This document shows positions 37,401 through 51,712 of a stretch of DNA of 64,000 nt, in pieces (positions within the stretch are counted from its first letter, which is position 1; each line of letters starts with the position of its first letter). The stretch spans positions 223,944,001 to 224,008,000 of the forward strand of contig OX597814.1 of assembly GCA_951406725.2 (NCBI GenBank). The letters run 5' to 3'. The position numbers were made by a program, and so were the translations under genes. The notes beneath the pieces were generated by a model. The model had not been told where the DNA came from, made no database searches, and saw nothing but the letters and a program-made list of their open reading frames with translations. This DNA comes from Octopus vulgaris. Lineage: Eukaryota.

Positions 37401-37674
37401 GCTTTAGATTAACTAAATATTGTAAAACATTTATTCTGGTATCCTCACAGCTTCCTGTGAATCAACATTAGAAACTTACTTTAAAACAAAATTTTAAAAT
37501 TTTCTAGTTTTTTTGCTTCTTTCTTCATTACTCTAGTGTCGTTACATCTCTCTCACTCTCTCTTCCTCCCCTTCTCTCTCTCCATCTTTGGGGGTAATAT
37601 TGATATAGAGGCACAGTGTTAATGTAGACTGTGATGTTTACTTTGGCGTCAAGAGATGCTTTCTTATAATTGAG

Positions 37675-37785
37675 TAGAAGACCCGAGGAACACATGGGAA
37701 GAAGTGGCGAAGGCAGATCTCAAGAGGCGAAACACCACCAAGGAGATAACAAGGGGCGATAACAAGTGGTGACACGCTATGCTAG
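37675..37785 (+). mobile_element. RTE LINE ORF C-terminal remnant
   Basis: Reads DPRNTWEEVAKADLKRRNTTKEITRGDNKW*, homologous to 23835-24000. Confidence 0.55.
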
Positions 37786-37819
37786 GGGGGGGAAAAGCAA
37801 AACAATCACACTCATACAA

Positions 37820-38209
37820 GCAGGAGTGGCTGTGTGGTAAGTAGCTTGCTTACCAACCACATGGTTCCGGGTTCAGTCTCACTGCGTGGCACCTTGGGTA
37901 AGTGTCTTCCGCTATAGCCCCGGGCCGACCGAAGCCTTGTGACCGGATTTGGTAGATGGAAACTGAAAGAAGCCTGTCGTATATATGTATATATATGTGT
38001 TTGTATCTGTGTTTACGTGATTGTCCCCCCTAGCATTGCTTGACAACCAATGCTGGTATGTTTACGTCCCCGTCACTTAGCGGTTCGGCAAAAGAGACCG
38101 ATAGAATAAGTACTGGGCTTACAAAGAATAAGTCCCGGAGTCGATTTGCTCGACTAAAGGCGGTGCTCCAGCATGGCCGCAGTCAAATGACTGAAACAAG
38201 TAAAAGAGT
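37820..38209 (+). mobile_element. CORE-like tRNA SINE
   Basis: Full-length copy. Confidence 0.9.
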
Positions 38210-38894
38210 ATACAAGCAGGGAAAAATAGACATGATGACGATGATGATGATTGCATGGCAATGAGTGGTGTGATGTGGTGGTGAATGCGTGTGTATGTGT
38301 GAGCATGCATATACATTAAGCTGAATAATTAACATAAATATCTTAATATAACATTCAACAACCAATTTTCAAATGAGGCATCTAGTTTATTATACAAGGA
38401 GGACACGTAACAGGCTTTCTGTGTTCATATAACACGAAATAGCTCAGGTATTATTTGTAACAATCTTCAAAACATAAAATTGTGCATATGTGTGTACACA
38501 CACATATTTGTGTACAAACACGCACAAATACATATAGATGTGTAGATTTATAGATGAAAGCATTTTTAAAGTGGTTATGAGGTAAAGTTTGATACCACTG
38601 TGAAGTATCTAATTTTGGTCAAGGGTCTTTTATCTCTTTTTCCTTATAACCCAGAGCTAAGCCAAACCTCGAGAGTAAAATTCAATAGTCAGAAACTGGA
38701 TCTCCAAAGAACTTGAACCATGACAACCCATTAAATTTATACAAAGATGGTGTTCAATGAACACTATAAAACTGGAGATTTAATGACTAAGCTAAGGAAG
38801 ATAATGTTGTCTTTTCTCTGCTACATAAATGATTAGCTTTTTGTTAACTAACCACTTTAAATATGTTAACATTAAGGTCTTGGACACATCCAAT

Positions 38895-38941
<47 letters not shown>

Positions 38942-39224
38942 ATACATATATATATATATTGGCAATATACCGAGATTGTAGTCGTGGCCAATGCCAGTGT
39001 TTCATAACACGTAAAAAGCACCCACTACCCTTTTGGAGTGGTTGGCATTTGGAAGAGCATCCAACTGTAGAATCCATGCCAAATCAGATTGTAACTGGTG
39101 CAATGCCTCAGCTCACCAGTTTTCAGTCAAACCAACCAACCCATGCCAGCATGGAAAACAGATGTTAAATGATGACAATGATTACTATATATGTGTGTGT
39201 GTGTGTGTAATGAATTTATAGTAT

Positions 39225-39870
39225 ACAGTGCTCAGGTACACTACAGCTTATCAGATAAAGTAGCTCACAGTGCATAAACAGTACATAGAATAATCAAAGG
39301 AAGTCATTAAAAAGAAACAGAATGGGGGCACCAGGTGTGTTGTTGGTGAATTTCAGGAAACATGGAAGTTTTGAACGATGTAGTGTCCCAACAGCTAACA
39401 ACTGATGCAGATAGTTTATTCCATTTATTCCATGCTTCAGCAATTCTGAGTGTGAAAAAGCGTTTCTGAAAATAATGGATGGTGTGTTGTTGTTCTTAAT
39501 TTTGCAAGCATGTCTACAAGTGTCAGACATATGGAATTCAAAAAGGTGCCCAAGGCTGTTGTTGCAAAGATGAGGGATAATTTTGTGGGTGTCTACAAAG
39601 TCAGTTCCCAGATGTCAGAAATTTAATGTGTTCATGCTCAGGGAACCAAGAGATGTTCAGTGTATGGTAGATGCAAGACAGTGGGTCTTCGTTTGGTTGC
39701 ATGTTTCTGAAAGGACACTGGTATGCTGAAAAAGGCAGGGGTTCATGACTGGTGATACAAACCCATAATGTGGATGCACCATGGCCATATATAGCTTCAA
39801 ATTGATAGCTGGAGATGGACTAACAAAGGTCTTACTGAGTGACGCTAAGACACCCTCAGAGAACAGCATT
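39225..39870 (-). mobile_element. Older CR1/L2-group LINE 3' fragment, same family as 4690-5500
   Basis: Minus ORF EGVLASLSKTFVSPSPAINLKLYMAMVHPH parallels ASLTKSFVSRSPAIYLRLYIAMVRPH. The 3' UTR is also shared. Confidence 0.8.
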
Positions 39871-40264
39871 TTGTTTTAGTTGCAGCTCTAAAAGGTGAAG
39901 CAGTGGCTTACAGCCTTTCTGGTGATACAAGTGAAGTGGGGTGGGGGGCTGTAATTCAATGCAAATCAAATAATGAAGGGGACTTTGATGCTTACATCTT
40001 TCACAGATGTATATTTGCATTTGCACAATTTCTGTCTAACGAATTCCGCAAATACGATATTGAGGAAACTGAGATTATAGAAGAAGCCACTTGCCCAAGG
40101 TGCCACATAGCAGGATTGAACCTGGATTTATGTAGTTACAAAGCAAACTTCTTAATCACACAGCCATACTTGCATCCATCATGATAGTGTGAATACTGAA
40201 AGAATGAATGAATGAATATTATGATAATTAAATGAAGGAATGATTACAGCTTATTATCATTCTT

Positions 40265-40424
40265 AGAAGAATGAGAAGCCAGGTTCGAAATTTCCCCCAA
40301 GACACCTGATGAAGGCTGGAGGGTATACCAGCCAAAATGCTGTGTTAACAACAAACAAGATGAGGACAAATATCCATCAAATGTAAATAATGTACATAAT
40401 AACTCATCTCTTAAATATAGAACT
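40265..40424 (+). mobile_element. Penelope-like pLTR fragment with inactivated hammerhead (about 40301-40346)
   Basis: Same family as 56274-56867. GACAC-CTGATGA-AGGCTG...CAGCC-AAAA-TG-CT-GTGTT, with G12 lost. Confidence 0.75.
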
Positions 40425-41402
40425 GTGTCAGCCATATCAGGCCAAAATATTCTACTTGTTTCATGTTCAAACTGACCAGATCAAACCTCTCACACCTATC
40501 CTATAATGCTATTCTAAAAATAAACATTTGCATCATTGAAATAGCAGAGCTGTGAGATAGTGTGTAATCAACTCAAAACAATGTGAATAAATAGGCATTA
40601 CTTTTGACAGAGTAATCTGAATGCTAAAGGGTTAAGTCAAAAACTCATTAAGGAGCATTGGCCATTATCAACTCTTCACCACTGGATTGCCTTTCTTTCC
40701 AAGGTCTTGGTTTTGAATTGTCAGTGGTGCTCCTCTAACTTTGCTATTTTCTAGGCAGAGATGTTGGCCTTATGCAAACCCATTTTCATCTCTGGGAAAA
40801 GGAGCCCCATATGAGTCTAGTTTCTGTCCAGCATGAGATGCCCCCAGCCTGGAACTTGTACTCTGCTGTCATAACATTCAAGGTCACTGAGGCATACACA
40901 CCACCACACCACAACAAGGATAGGCTCTTGTAAATTTTCTCTCCTTCTCTCTCACACACACATTCCAGAGGTGCAGAGTCCAAAAAGAAAGAAGCTATGT
41001 TACTTCTAGCCATACATTATAAATAAGCTCTTTCTAAATTTTGTAGTTTAGTTACCAATGAGCCATAGGTGAAACAGAATATATTTTGTTGGACTAACAA
41101 TTATGGATTATGTGCATGCACACACACACACACACACAAGTAAAACAGAGGAAGATTATGAATTAAGAGGTAGACAAACAAATAAATATTTAAAGCTTGT
41201 AAAGAGAAAAGTAAAAGATTGAAAAAGCATGGAAAAATTATATGTAATAATAACAATGAAAGACTGTGTACAATGAAAATAAATACGCTAAATGAAAGGA
41301 ACAGAAGTGGATCCAGTGTTTCAGGATATACTCCAATATTAAAGAGGAGTATAAACAAAAAGAGAGGTTCAAGGAAAAGAAACAGAAATAATATTAAATT
41401 TA

Positions 41403-41761
<359 letters not shown>

Positions 41762-43714
41762 TTTTATTGAGTGAGTTTAATATTCTATTTATTCCAGTAT
41801 CTTGTTGCAGAGTAGATTTGCAATTGGAACTGAAGATAGTTTAGGATTTGTTGTTGTTGTTCATGTTTTGTAACTCAAAATATAAATGAAAAATAAAATC
41901 CAAAAGCATAAAAAATTATTCAAAAGTTGTCACTAATGCATTTTCATTGCAAGCCCCAAAAATACAACCCTCACCACTTTGTTTTTATCAAAAAAACAAA
42001 CCTGAAAGAAATGAGTTAATGATTGACAAAAGTGTGAAGCAGAGACATACACTCGAGAATCTCAAAGAAAGAAAATAAATTTTAACTCAAGGATTGCCAC
42101 AAACAAGACACTATCAATATATGCCAAAAATAAGGGTGTATCCTCTCCCTAAAAAAAAAAAAAAAGGAGGCAGGGTACAAAAAGAAAAAATAACATAAAA
42201 AAAACATCAACAACTGCCAAATGAAATCATACTTGCTACTGATTGAGACAAGTGAAGGCAGAGATAAACTCAAAAGAATGCCATTACAATTATAGACACA
42301 TGAATTTTCAAACAACTCTTTTAACAATCTAGTGAGTCTGATAGGGTATGAGAACTGATGACTGACTGAACTGGAACATTTTCTTTCTCTCTTCTTGAGA
42401 GAGGACATTCAAAACAGCCAAATTAATCAAAAGAATATGTGCTTAACCCTTTCAAATTTATAGCTGACAGTATGTGACTGAAAATTTTTTATATCTGTTA
42501 CTTCCCCAGTCTCAATCCCACCCATTGAGATAAATCACCACAGCAAAAGGTTGGACTGACTCTTTTTGTTTCAAGAAGCAAAAGCTTAAAAGCTGAGACC
42601 AAAATTTATAGCACAGACTTCCTATGTGTATCTAGATTCTTTCAAGCAGCAGATAACAGTAAACAAGTTTTTCTTTGCTTTTTCAGGTATAATTTATTAA
42701 TAGTATGTAGTGGAAATGGCACGAGTGAAAGTGGGAAGAAACAAATGATTTATGGAAAATAGTTTGATATTTTATAAAGAGTCCTGAGTTCAAATCTTAT
42801 GAAAATAGATTTAAATTTGTCTTTTACAGCTCAATAGTCAATACAATATATGACATGAATATATAGGAATTGATTTAGATTTAATTACATTTTTAGCATT
42901 AAAGCCATGGATTAGATTTGTCAAAAATGAAACAGAATCTTTATTTTTAATAAACAGCATCATCACTGTTAATATGAGTTGCAGAGTTAATCAAGATAAT
43001 TAATTGGTATTGACATTTTACAACATATATCTGTGTTTCACTTTTTCATGTTCAAATTCCACCATGGTAGATTTAACCTATTGATGGTTGGTAGTGTAGT
43101 CCTTTTAATGTTACAGAAGTTAATGAAGTATAACCCTTCTGTTATTTAAAAAATGTACTAATTAAAGGAAACTCTGCTAAGTTACATAGCATTTCTTAAT
43201 ACTTTTTCCTCTAGTAAAACTCTTTAAATGCAACAAAGAGGAAATAAAAATGATCATTGGATATTAGAAGTAAAAAGTATTTCCAAGAAAAAGTTTAAAC
43301 TGAAAAAGCTGATAAGACCCAACTAGATGAAAACATTGATCCTTTGGGGGTTAGACCTTCAGGGTTTATAATTCAAAACCTGAATCAAAAGCTCAATTGC
43401 ATCAACCTCACCAGTCTGCAGATGGGGTGCTTACAAAGGTAATGTGAATCATGCTTCCCTTGCCATGTGAATTTTTAAAAGTATTTATTAAAAATATTTT
43501 ATTATATATTTTAATTGTGGTATTGCCAATCATAGTCATTGGTCTCTTAAGTACTATATTTCTGACAATAAACTCATTTTATTTTCTCTCTCATCTTTCA
43601 TTCTGCTGTGAATTAGGGCTTACAGAATTATAACATGATTTTCTTCCAAATCTAGAATTTGAAAATGACATTTCGACTGAGATGTCAAACATCTCTAGCA
43701 TACAAGTTAGATAT

Positions 43715-44080
43715 GTTAGTTAGTTAGTTAGTTAATTTGGCTCAAAAGCAAATAGCAAGGCCATGTAGGGGGACATGGAGTTAAGTACAGGGTGGTGTTC
43801 ATGTAAAGAGTTCAGGCCACTTGAGGTCCAGGGAGGCTTTGAACAAAGCGGTCGTCGGCATCTTCACCATCTCATCTGGCAGCTTGTTCCACGGATCCGC
43901 AACCCGGACGGAGAAAGCTCCTCTCCTTCGATTGAGATGAAATCGTCGCAGGTAGAGCTTTTCGGAATGACCCCGCAGCCGACGCTCCGGAGCAGGAGTG
44001 AAGAACAGCTCTTTCGAGAGGTTACACTTCCCGCTTATGATGTTGTGGGCGAGAATGAGATCACCACGGCGGCGGCGTTT
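43715..44080 (-). mobile_element. Young CR1-type LINE 3' fragment with (TAAC)n tail
   Basis: Open frame 44080-43799: KRRRRGDLILAHNIISGKCNLSKELFFTPAPERRLRGHSEKLYLRRFHLNRRRGAFSVRVADPWNKLPDEMVKMPTTALFKASLDLKWPELFT*. CpGs intact. Confidence 0.9.
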
Positions 44081-44672
44081 ATGATTAAATGACAGCCATT
44101 TCTTTTACCCACTTGTTTTCATAATATCTCTGAAAAACTGACCCTTAGAAGTTACTCGTTTAAAAAAAAACAATAATAATTTTATCTTACCTTCTTGCCC
44201 TAAATTACTAATTTTATCTTATCTTCGTGCCCTAAATCATCAAAGAATTTTGTTATGGTAAATTATTAAGAGGCTATAATTTGTGGAGAGAATGTATTAA
44301 TTCTGTCTTCAAAAGAATTCAACAATTAACTGTAAGCGGTTTACCAATTCACTACCAGCTAAGAATAACATGTAACAATAACATGTCACAGGGAATATAA
44401 TAAATATTGATGTATGTATCAAATGTTAAGTGCAGTTGTTTAGCTGATGGGCATGATTTCCAGTTAAATGTAAGTGCTTGAAAAAAGCCATATAGGTGAA
44501 CTGTTGTGACTAACAGCAACCAAGATGAAGACTGGTTCAAACTGAGTATTGCCAAGCTGTCACTTGTAAGTGACTATGACTTGCTGGCAAGTACCATACT
44601 GTTTTAGGTGCCAATTTAGTCATAAACAGACATAAACACCTTCTCGGTCCTCTTGATATTGACCTAGTGGAA

Positions 44673-44864
44673 GGCAGCGAGCTGGTAGAAATGCTTAGTG
44701 ATATTTTGTCTGTTTTTATGTTCTGAGTTCAAATTCCGCCGAGGTAGACTTTGCCTTTCTTCCTTCTGGGGTCAATAAGTTAAGTACCAGTTGCATACTG
44801 AGGTTGATCTAATTGACTGCCCCCCCTCCCCAAACTTTTCAGGCTTTGTGCCTAGAGTAGAAAG
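44673..44864 (+). mobile_element. Meta-like SINE (alternative tail) with 18-bp TSD
   Basis: GATATTGACC(T/G)AGTGGAA at 44655-44672 and 44865-44882. Confidence 0.85.
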
Positions 44865-47800
44865 GATATTGACCGAGTGGAACAGCTGGAGGGAGAGGGG
44901 GCAGCACCAGTTGCACTAAGCTGATACTCATTTTCACCTGAGTATACAAGAGAAATGAAGTGTCTTGTTCAAGGACACTATGATCTCCCCAGTTCAAGAA
45001 TTGAACCTACAACTTTGTGATCATGAAGCTAACACTGTAATCACCAGGCAATGTACATTCACAGTACAAGTACAGCTTTTTCATGCTTGCATGGATTAGA
45101 TGAATATGGAATATGTTATTTTCGAGGCACTGTTTTACAGCTGGATGCCATTCCTGAAACTAATCCATAACAGTTTTTCAGGAAAAGGGATCTGTAATTT
45201 CACATGGGTTTGAAGGTACAAAGTGACCAAAAAAGAATTGACGATACCATCATCATCTACTGTAACCTTTGTACAAGCAATCACAGAATCACAGATGCAG
45301 TGTTCATCTACCAAATTTACTCAAAAGTTTTTGGTCAGTATCTGGCTATAGTCAAAGACACTTGCCCAAGGTACTGTGAAGAGGTACCAAACCCAAAATG
45401 TCAGGAAGCAAACTCAGCCATACAGCCATGTCTTATGAACTTTTTTTTTTTTTACAATCTGCACTAATGAACTGATTAAGGTTTCAGATAAGATTTATTT
45501 ATTAGTGAAAGAATATTCACGTTTAGGAAGTTGTTTATTCTTATCTTATTTTTTAAATATTTATTTTCCTAATTAGTCAAGTTCACATCTTACCTATATA
45601 AATAAACTAAAATTGTGAAAATATCAATACACAAAAAGTACTTTGTGGACAACCAGACAACCATAAAACTAGAGTACATAAGTTAATTTTGGCTCAAAAA
45701 GCAAAAAGCATATATGTGGTACAGAATAAATGACTTGATACAAGTGAAGGCAATTTGTGAAGTAATAACCCCATTAATAAAATTACTACATTTGATAATC
45801 CAATGTGGGAATCACTAACTGGTCATTCACTTTCCAGAAATAGCAGCCAAATCTCTCTTTAACCATAGCCAATCATCTTTAAAATAATTAGGAAGGACAC
45901 AATGGATAATGTAGTCCTAGATATGTCTGAAAATGAAAGTTGGTGTCATGACTGGACTGCTAGGAAGTATAAGTTTAGTCAAAGATGGCTGATCAGTAGT
46001 TCAACAACAACAACAGCAAATTTTATAAGTTAGTTTTAGTTTCAAGTTAAGTTTCAGACTCTGCGAAGACAATATTTCTCTTATATCCAACAAACGATAA
46101 TAAATAGTACAGATTCCATTTCAGATGAATCAGCAGCGGAAGTGTTCCAGTAAAATTAATGAAGTATATTAATTGCCTAATTCCATCTAAAACATGAACA
46201 ATGAACAATTTACAAACTCATGGCTCATAGAAATAAATTCCTAGCACAAGCACAAAGCCAGAGATATAGTGAAGAATGTTGTATTGTTGAAGAAATCGAC
46301 TCAGTTTTTGACCCCAGTTTATCAAAACCAGGAGCTGAAACACAAGGTCAACCTCAACAGCATTTGAATTCTAAATATGAAGTGAAGGACTTGCAAAAAA
46401 AAAAAATGATAATATGTCAAATATTGAAGAATAAAAATTAAATCCTCTTCACTTAACTTTATTTTCATAAACCCTGTCACTTGTCAGAACTAGCATTACA
46501 CTCTGGCTCACACATATATATACATATATATATATCAGCATGAACAACGAAAATATGACTATGATCATGATGATGATATATATATAAATGACAACAACGT
46601 TGATTACTGCTTCTAGTGTTTGGCTATCTCATACAGCACACATCAACACATGCTATTCACAATTTCATTTTATTACCTACAAAAGAGCTAATTTATAGAA
46701 CAAGTTCAGAAAACTAAATATAAAAGGGTCTTTATCTACCAAAGAAACTATTTAATGACAGTGAATCAGGAAATGGTGGAAAAACTCCATGTATCAATCT
46801 TCTAGATTTTAAACATGCTTTATTTAAACACATTGTACATAAATGCTTGGATATTAGATACACCCATTCCAAACTCCTGAGATTTTTTTTGTTTTTACAG
46901 AAATTATTTCTTAATACAGTGAATGAATTTTAGCAAAGCTGTAAAGTAAATAATGAAGATTTTCCTACATAAATACGGATATATTAATTAATGTAGGAAA
47001 TTAGAACAGCTAAGTGTGCTAGACCAAATTATTAATGGAATTCTAGACCATTCTGAGTTTTATGTTTCCAATTCCAAATGCTATCAACCTTTCCCCTTGT
47101 CATAGGTTAATGAAATAAATAGCAATAATACTGGGATAAACGTTGAGCCAGGAGTTATAGTTTCATAAAACAGCTGAAGGAATTTAGCAGCAATGGCAAT
47201 TTCAAAGAATAGCTAACTGAAAGAGCCTCGATAGTAACATTAACAAAGATATTTATGCAGTTGTAATGGTGAGACATTTCAAGGAAAATCGTTGTGGCAA
47301 ATATTGTTGTAAGCAAGTCTTGCAAGCTTACCATAATTATCTTCAGCCACAGCAAATCCAAATATATGTAAGAAGCTGGTGAAGTAGAAAGTTAAGGAAA
47401 GGAAGAAAAAGTATAAGGGAGCAGAAAAATATATTAAAAAAAAAGTGTGGAAGAGAAAGAAAAAATAAGATAGGAAAAAAGTGTTAAGAAAAATTGAAAA
47501 AAATTAAGAAAAAGAAAAGGGATGGGAAAAATTAGGGAATGAAGAAAATTATGGGGGCACATGGAAGAAAAGAAGAAATGAGGGGAGAAAGGAAGAACAG
47601 AAGAAAAAAAAAACATCTTGTCTTTTTATTCGCCCCAACCCTGATTTAGCGTATTTAGGACAACATTATCCGATGTGCTCTTTCATTTTTTATGGCTGCA
47701 GAGTAAGAGTGAAGGGAGATTTGGCAGTTATTTCTGCTAAGTGTAATAACCGTGTAATGGCTTACTTTAAGACTCAAGGAAGACCTAATGTTTTATTGAA

Positions 47801-48771
47801 AGTCAGCTAGTGAGTTTTCCAATGTGATGATAACGACTTTGAATAATTAGTTAAAGCTGTAATATCATAAATGACCAGGTCATACACAGAGAGCAAAGGG
47901 AGTTGATAAGGAAAACACAAGTGGCTACATACAAACAGATCTTCAAAATTAAAACCACATGTCGTATAATAAGAAAGGGGCAATTCATCTAAGTATCATA
48001 CAAAAATACATCTTAATGCTACAGGAGGTAAGTTTAGATCCTGAGCTGAGCTTTAAAATAAATAAAAAATAATAATAAATGATACCAAAAAACAAACATT
48101 AACACTAAGTTTCAGGGGGTGGTTTCTTTCCTTTCTTTTTAAAAATGGCTACACTTGTAAATGAAAGGGCCTTCATCGCACTTTCCAGTAGTAATTCCAA
48201 CTTAAAATATACAGACCTTACTGTAAAGCTGTTATCGAATTCATATAATATAGTAGGACATCAGAAATGGAAATGGATGAGATTTACAAACAGAAGCAGA
48301 AAAAAAATCTCTTAGTTTCATGAAAATATTTTGTCCTTTGATTGACATCAATGAGTGTGCATCACATGCCAAAGAGAGTCATCTATGTGATAGCACATCC
48401 TGCTAGATATAGCAGACAAATCAAACATCATTTCATTTCAAAAAAGAAGGACATTGGAAAAGAGATCATACATACACTCATCATCATTTTTATGTTTATG
48501 TCATTATTTTTTTTTTTCTCTTTTCTGTGCTAACATGGGTTAAATGAAACTTGATGAGATATATTTTCTATGGCCAGATGCTTTTCCTGTTATCAATCCT
48601 TTCCTGCAGAACCTATGGAATTTTTGTTTAACATTAGATATTAATAAAACTGTCATCCCTTGCTCAAGCAGTATTATTATGGACACACTGAAATGGCCTT
48701 CACATACACAATATAGATATATAAAAGCTTCCTATTAGTTTCTAAGTGCCTATGACTGAAAACAGTATTTT

Positions 48772-48848
<77 letters not shown>

Positions 48849-49074
48849 GATGAAAATGGGTGATCATTGCTGCAATGTATGATTATGCATTTGCACAGGC
48901 AAGTCTGACATAAGTGTAGATGGTTCTGGTGAGTAGAAAACTGGAACATGTATCGTTGAGACTGACTCTACATTCATCATTGTGTGGGGTGTATTCATGT
49001 AGGTGTGTAAGCATATGTGAGTGTATACATGTACACATAAATGTGCATATCTCATACTTAATATTTTTTTTTAT

Positions 49075-49540
49075 TTTATTTTATTTTATTTCATCCAGTT
49101 TCAGCTCACGAGCTGTGGCCATGCTGGGGCACTGCCATTTGGTGTTGCTACATGATTTTACTTCATGAATGCTTTTTAGCAATTGACATTCGGTGCATGA
49201 GAGAGTTTGATGCAGCTGCCTTCATCTGCACCTCCTGCCTCGAAGTTGGAAGAGGTCCAGCTTTATTTTGAAGACACCTACATCCACCCCATGCAAGTCC
49301 CTCAGGTCCATCGGGAGGATATTGAAGAGCTGTGGACCTCTGAAGCCCAGGCTATTGCAGTATCTTGTCCTACATCTTGATGGCAAATTTGGAGTCCTTG
49401 GCACTATGCAATGGCGCCCAGTTCTAGCATTTGTGTAACTCTCGATGCCAAAGTTTGGGACAAGTCCTTCCAGGATCTTCCAGATGTATATTATGGCATA
49501 TCTTTCTCGCCTACGCTCTAAGGAATAGAGTCTTAATCTA
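49075..49540 (-). mobile_element. CR1-group LINE 3' fragment
   Basis: Minus frame RLRLYSLERRRERYAIIYIWKILEGLVPNFGI...GPQLFNILP...FKIKLD. Ends AATGGCAGTGCCCCAGCATGGCCACAGCTCGTGAGCTGAAACTGG plus (AAAAT)n. Confidence 0.9.
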
Positions 49541-49929
49541 TATATATATATATATGAGATTAAAAAATCCTGATAGATATCAATAAAGCACTTATTATTA
49601 AAAGAATCTGGTTAAATGTTCAACCAGTAAATGTAAATAGAATACGATCCCAGGTAAATCCTCGTGCAAGACAGGTAAATCCAATAATCTTTTGGCAGAA
49701 TTTAATTTTATTTTAATTTATAAAACAATTCCATTATCCAATGACATCACAACTCGTCAAATGAGGAATGTCTTAGGTTGAATTTGATTATTGAGGTGTT
49801 TGTTTTTCTTAGCGTTTATTAACTGCTAATTTTTTAAGATGTTCACTCAGAATTTCACTAATTTTGGATAACTTTGATAATGATATGTATTAACATAAGT
49901 TTTCAAGGATATTATCATTAATTTTAATG

Positions 49930-49995
<66 letters not shown>

Positions 49996-51473
49996 TATAT
50001 ATGTGTACATATAAGTGTGTGCATGTATGTGTGTGTGTGTGTTTGCTAATACAATTGAAATAATTTGGTTTTATGAGGTGAGATCTAAAAGATATGATTT
50101 TCTTTGAACAGACAGATGGATAGATGGACGGGTGGACAGCTGGATGCCCTTCCTCCCACCGACCCTCAATGATTTCATAATAAGGTAACATTTACCCCAA
50201 GGGTAGGAATGGTTTTCAGAAATGGCACTGCATATATAACAGTGCCATTCATCTTCTAACTATCAAGTGATGTCATGACAAGGGACACCAACACACACAC
50301 ACACACACACACACAAATTCCAGGTAGTATGTGATTTGAGGGCTTGAGCCTGAATGGTAATTTGATGGTAGCAGTGGTGGTAATAATGGTAACAATAAAA
50401 ATATATCAAACAGGTACAATAAGAAGCTAGAGAATTATAGGTCCAACACAAGACAATGCTAGGCTTGATAGCCAACTTCTAAGAGTTTGGGTAACAGGGA
50501 AGATGGGATTTGAGAGTTGATGGGAGAAGAAGAGTGGGATAAGAAAAGACCAGTTCTTCAACATTTTTTTAATCTTGTCATACTTTTCGGGGGGGGGGGG
50601 GGGGTTGTCATTGCTGTTTTTGTTGTTGCCATGGTGAGAATTCTTCTGAAGAGGAAATGTGAGTGAAGGAAACGGAAATAGGAAACAGAACATCTGTGAA
50701 ATAAATACATATATAACATGGTTATAGTCCACTCCAAAAAGAAAACAAAAAACAATAATAATAATAATCAACTATAAATATAAAAAAAAGAAACTAAACC
50801 CTTAAACCTTATTCCTACTTCATAATAACCAACAAAAACTACACAAGAAGTGTTTGTAGACAATCATAATGTAGCTACAAAAGAAGAATGAATATAGGAT
50901 TTGAGGAAACTGCCAATTACCAGAAAGTAGAATTCTAAGGAGACAAATTATTGTTTCAAAAACACTGTAAATATACCAAGTTGGATATTTCCTTGAAAAC
51001 AAGACTAGAAATGTAGGTATGTGATATATTTTTATGAACACCATCAGATCTGCTTTAAAATGCAAGTTATGGACGGTTACAAATATTGTAGCCACTGACA
51101 TGGATGTGTGGTAAAAAAGTTTGCCTGTCAACTTCATGGTTCCAGGTTCAATTCCACTGCATGGCACCTTAGGTAAGAATCTTCTACTATAACCCCAGGC
51201 CAACTAAAGCCTTGTGAGTGGATTTGGTAGAAGGAAACTGAAAGAAGCGCATCATGTATATGTGTGTACATGTGTATGTATGTATGTATATATATATAAT
51301 AATAAATATTAGGGAATGAATCCAAAATTACAGGGAAAAATCAGATTTAGGGTTAAATCCAATTTTATAGTAAAATATTATATAATATAATTCGAGACAA
51401 AACCACTATTTTAAAACCAAACAAGGAAAGACTTTATCAATACATAAAATTTTAATATAAATTAAATAAACTG

Positions 51474-51516
51474 CCACTACAAATGTTTCATGTCTGCTCC
51501 GACAATCTTCAGGTGG
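51474..51516 (-). ncRNA. Minimal type I hammerhead ribozyme
   Basis: Reverse complement of 51572-51614. Confidence 0.7.
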
Positions 51517-51571
51517 ATTTTCGATCTTCTAATCAGTATCAAAATTTGATACTGATTAGAAGATCGAAAAT

Positions 51572-51614
51572 CCACCTGAAGATTGTCGGAGCAGACATGA
51601 AACATTTGTAGTGG
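51572..51614 (+). ncRNA. Minimal type I hammerhead ribozyme
   Basis: CCAC-CTGAAGA-TTGTC-GGAGCA-GACAT-GAAA-CATTTG-TA-GTGG: 4-bp stem I, TGTC/GACA stem II closed by U.U, short stem III, GUA cleavage triplet. Confidence 0.7.
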
Positions 51615-51712
51615 CAGTTTATTTAATTTATATTAAAATTTTATGTATTGATAAAGTCTTTCCTTGTTTGGTTTTAAAATAGTGGTTTTGTCTCGAATTA
51701 TATTATATATAT

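Larger units (their letters stand above)
51379..51709. repeat. Perfect palindrome (165-bp arms, 1-nt spacer at 51544) of a Penelope-like pLTR
   Basis: Arms read as exact reverse complements. Each arm contains a hammerhead motif. The left arm continues as unpaired element sequence to about 51304. Confidence 0.9.

Noticed and set aside
4690-39870. Inverted CR1 pair (4.7-5.5 kb and 39.2-39.9 kb) as ends of one large element or inversion
   Set aside because: The copies differ greatly in decay and have no shared flanks; independent insertions explain them.
43775-44092. 105-aa plus-strand ORF
   Set aside because: Antisense shadow of the GC-rich CR1 fragment whose real frame is on the minus strand.
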